NCBI GenBank assembly: GCA_916438445.1
Contig: CAKAGR010000001.1
Span: forward strand, 1,404,255-1,468,254
Reading direction: 5' to 3'
Source of the DNA: an uncultured Mobiluncus sp.
GTDB lineage: Bacteria; Actinomycetota; Actinomycetes; Actinomycetales; Actinomycetaceae
DNA: 64,000 nucleotides
Shown: piece after piece, positions 62,809 to 64,000 of the stretch
Position numbering within the stretch: the first letter of the stretch is position 1
Layout: each line of letters begins with the position of its first letter
Notes under the pieces: generated by a model
What the model was told of the DNA's origin: nothing
What the model saw: only the letters and a program-made list of their open reading frames with translations
Database searches by the model: none
Program-made: the position numbers and the translations under genes

Positions 62809-63408
62809 TTACGCGGTGGGTACCAGCGCCAATCCCCACAGGTGGGCGCGCAAGGTAGAGCCGTTGGGGTTTTCCAAAAGTTGCGAAACCCCTTCGGGTT
62901 CGAAACCGCGCTGGGAAAGCGCGCGGGTGTGCAGGTCGTCTCCGGACATGACCCACACCCCCAAACCGTGCAGTTCCAACAGTTTGGCCGCGTCGATGGC
63001 GGTGGCGATCAAGGCGTCCATCACCTCTAACGCATCGGGTCCGGGCAGGGCTTCCACTACCAGTTCGCCTACGTCTCCGGCCACCAGGCCGGACTTGGTG
63101 TCGCGCGGCAGAATCACCGCCATACCGCAGTCCCCACCGCAAACACTGCCTTCACTTCCAACCACCGCGGGGTCCTCGACCGGGTCACAACCACCCGGTA
63201 GTGAACCTGAATGGGAAGCCAACCAGGCGTGCACCGCAGGCAAGGTGTTGCGCCAGGTTCCGCGCAAATCGCGGGGATTTATCAACTGCAGGGCCGGGTT
63301 GTCGGCACCCAGAATGTCCGCGAAGATGGCCTTGGTAGCCCCGGCCTGGATTTCGGTAACTTTATTCACGTCGCCGAATTCGGCGCGTCGCACAGAAATC
63401 TCACTCAT
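62809..63408 (-). CDS. GNAT-like acetyltransferase (divergent)
   Basis: ISVRRAEFGDV..VTEIQ N-terminus, VGELVV, VWVMSGD...ALSQRGF. The AcCoA-binding loop looks degenerate. Confidence 0.55.
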   Translation of the reverse strand: MSEISVRRAEFGDVNKVTEIQAGATKAIFADILGADNPALQLINPRDLRGTWRNTLPAVHAWLASHSGSLPGGCDPVEDPAVVGSEGSVCGGDCGMAVILPRDTKSGLVAGDVGELVVEALPGPDALEVMDALIATAIDAAKLLELHGLGVWVMSGDDLHTRALSQRGFEPEGVSQLLENPNGSTLRAHLWGLALVPTA

Positions 63409-63487
63409 GGGCTAAGTCTATCAAGGGCAGGGATAGGAAAAACCGAAGCCGGTTTTTCCTATGCGGATACTGACATAGAATCAAGAC

Positions 63488-64000
63488 ATGTCTACTTTCG
63501 GTCGTTTCTCTGTTGCCATGGTCACGCCTTTCCACTCCGATGGTTCGGTGGACTACGAATCTGCGGGCCGCCTGGCCCGGCACCTGGTCGCCACCGGCTG
63601 CGATGCGCTGCTGGTTTCGGGCACTACGGGAGAGGCCCCCACCACGCACGCCCCGGAAAAGATGCAGCTGCTGCAAACCGTGCGACAGGCCGTGGGTCCC
63701 GACATCAAGCTGTTGGCCGGGGTCAGTTCCAACGACACGGAACACTCGCGCATGATGGCGCGTCAAGCCACCCAGGCCGGGGCCGACGGGGTTTTGGTGA
63801 CCGCTCCGTACTATAACCGGCCCAGTCAAGACGGCATCTTTGCCCACATCCAGGCAGTACACGACGCCACGGAACTGCCGGTTATGATTTACGACATCCC
63901 AGGTCGAGTTGGGGTACAGATAGAGGACCGCACCTTAGATCGCCTGGCGCAACTGCCGCGGGTAAAGGGAATTAAAGACGCCACCGGGAACGTGACGCGC
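63488..64000 (+). CDS. dapA: 4-hydroxy-tetrahydrodipicolinate synthase (partial, runs off right edge)
   Basis: MSTFGRFSVAMVTPF...GTTGEAPT...AGVSSNDT...VTAPYYNRPSQDG...IYDIPGR...GIKDATG. Confidence 0.95.
   Translation, partial: MSTFGRFSVAMVTPFHSDGSVDYESAGRLARHLVATGCDALLVSGTTGEAPTTHAPEKMQLLQTVRQAVGPDIKLLAGVSSNDTEHSRMMARQATQAGADGVLVTAPYYNRPSQDGIFAHIQAVHDATELPVMIYDIPGRVGVQIEDRTLDRLAQLPRVKGIKDATGNVTR

Overview
A 64 kb chromosomal segment from a high-GC actinobacterium. The 16S/23S sequence, the actinobacterial 23S insertion and the gene order suggest Actinomycetaceae. Content is mostly housekeeping: murJ-like/GT4-like/steB/steA/recN/ppnK/tlyA/HAD/TPR cluster, rnhA, cutC, one complete rRNA operon (16S-23S-5S, minus strand, no ITS tRNA), orphan trpF and trpB, a peptide ABC transporter, AGE epimerase, gatCAB, cardiolipin synthase, ligA, an FHA-like/FtsK-SpoIIIE (EccC-like) ATPase, whiB1, a PdtaS-like kinase, thyA-folA, an aldehyde dehydrogenase, tyrS, NUDIX, an OPT transporter, a rearranged arg cluster with tandem ARG boxes, pgsA, ftsK, pfkB, rnj, GNAT and dapA. 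About 26 genes, including essential ones, carry single-base frameshifts, most likely long-read indel errors, so many boundaries are reconstructed by eye. Most notable: (1) a highly iterated, non-palindromic dispersed motif (consensus about TTCCCG[GG/TT]TCGAGG; five exact 14-mer copies, about 37 core 8-mers by hand count) in intergenic DNA and variable protein termini/linkers, often as the unit of local tandem duplications; (2) an orphan single-spacer type I-E-like CRISPR mini-array next to a DUF11-like adhesin gene fragment between argG and pgsA; (3) an RNase HI ending in a QxxLF clamp-binding-like motif; (4) a possible TPR-HAD fusion hidden by a 1-nt indel.
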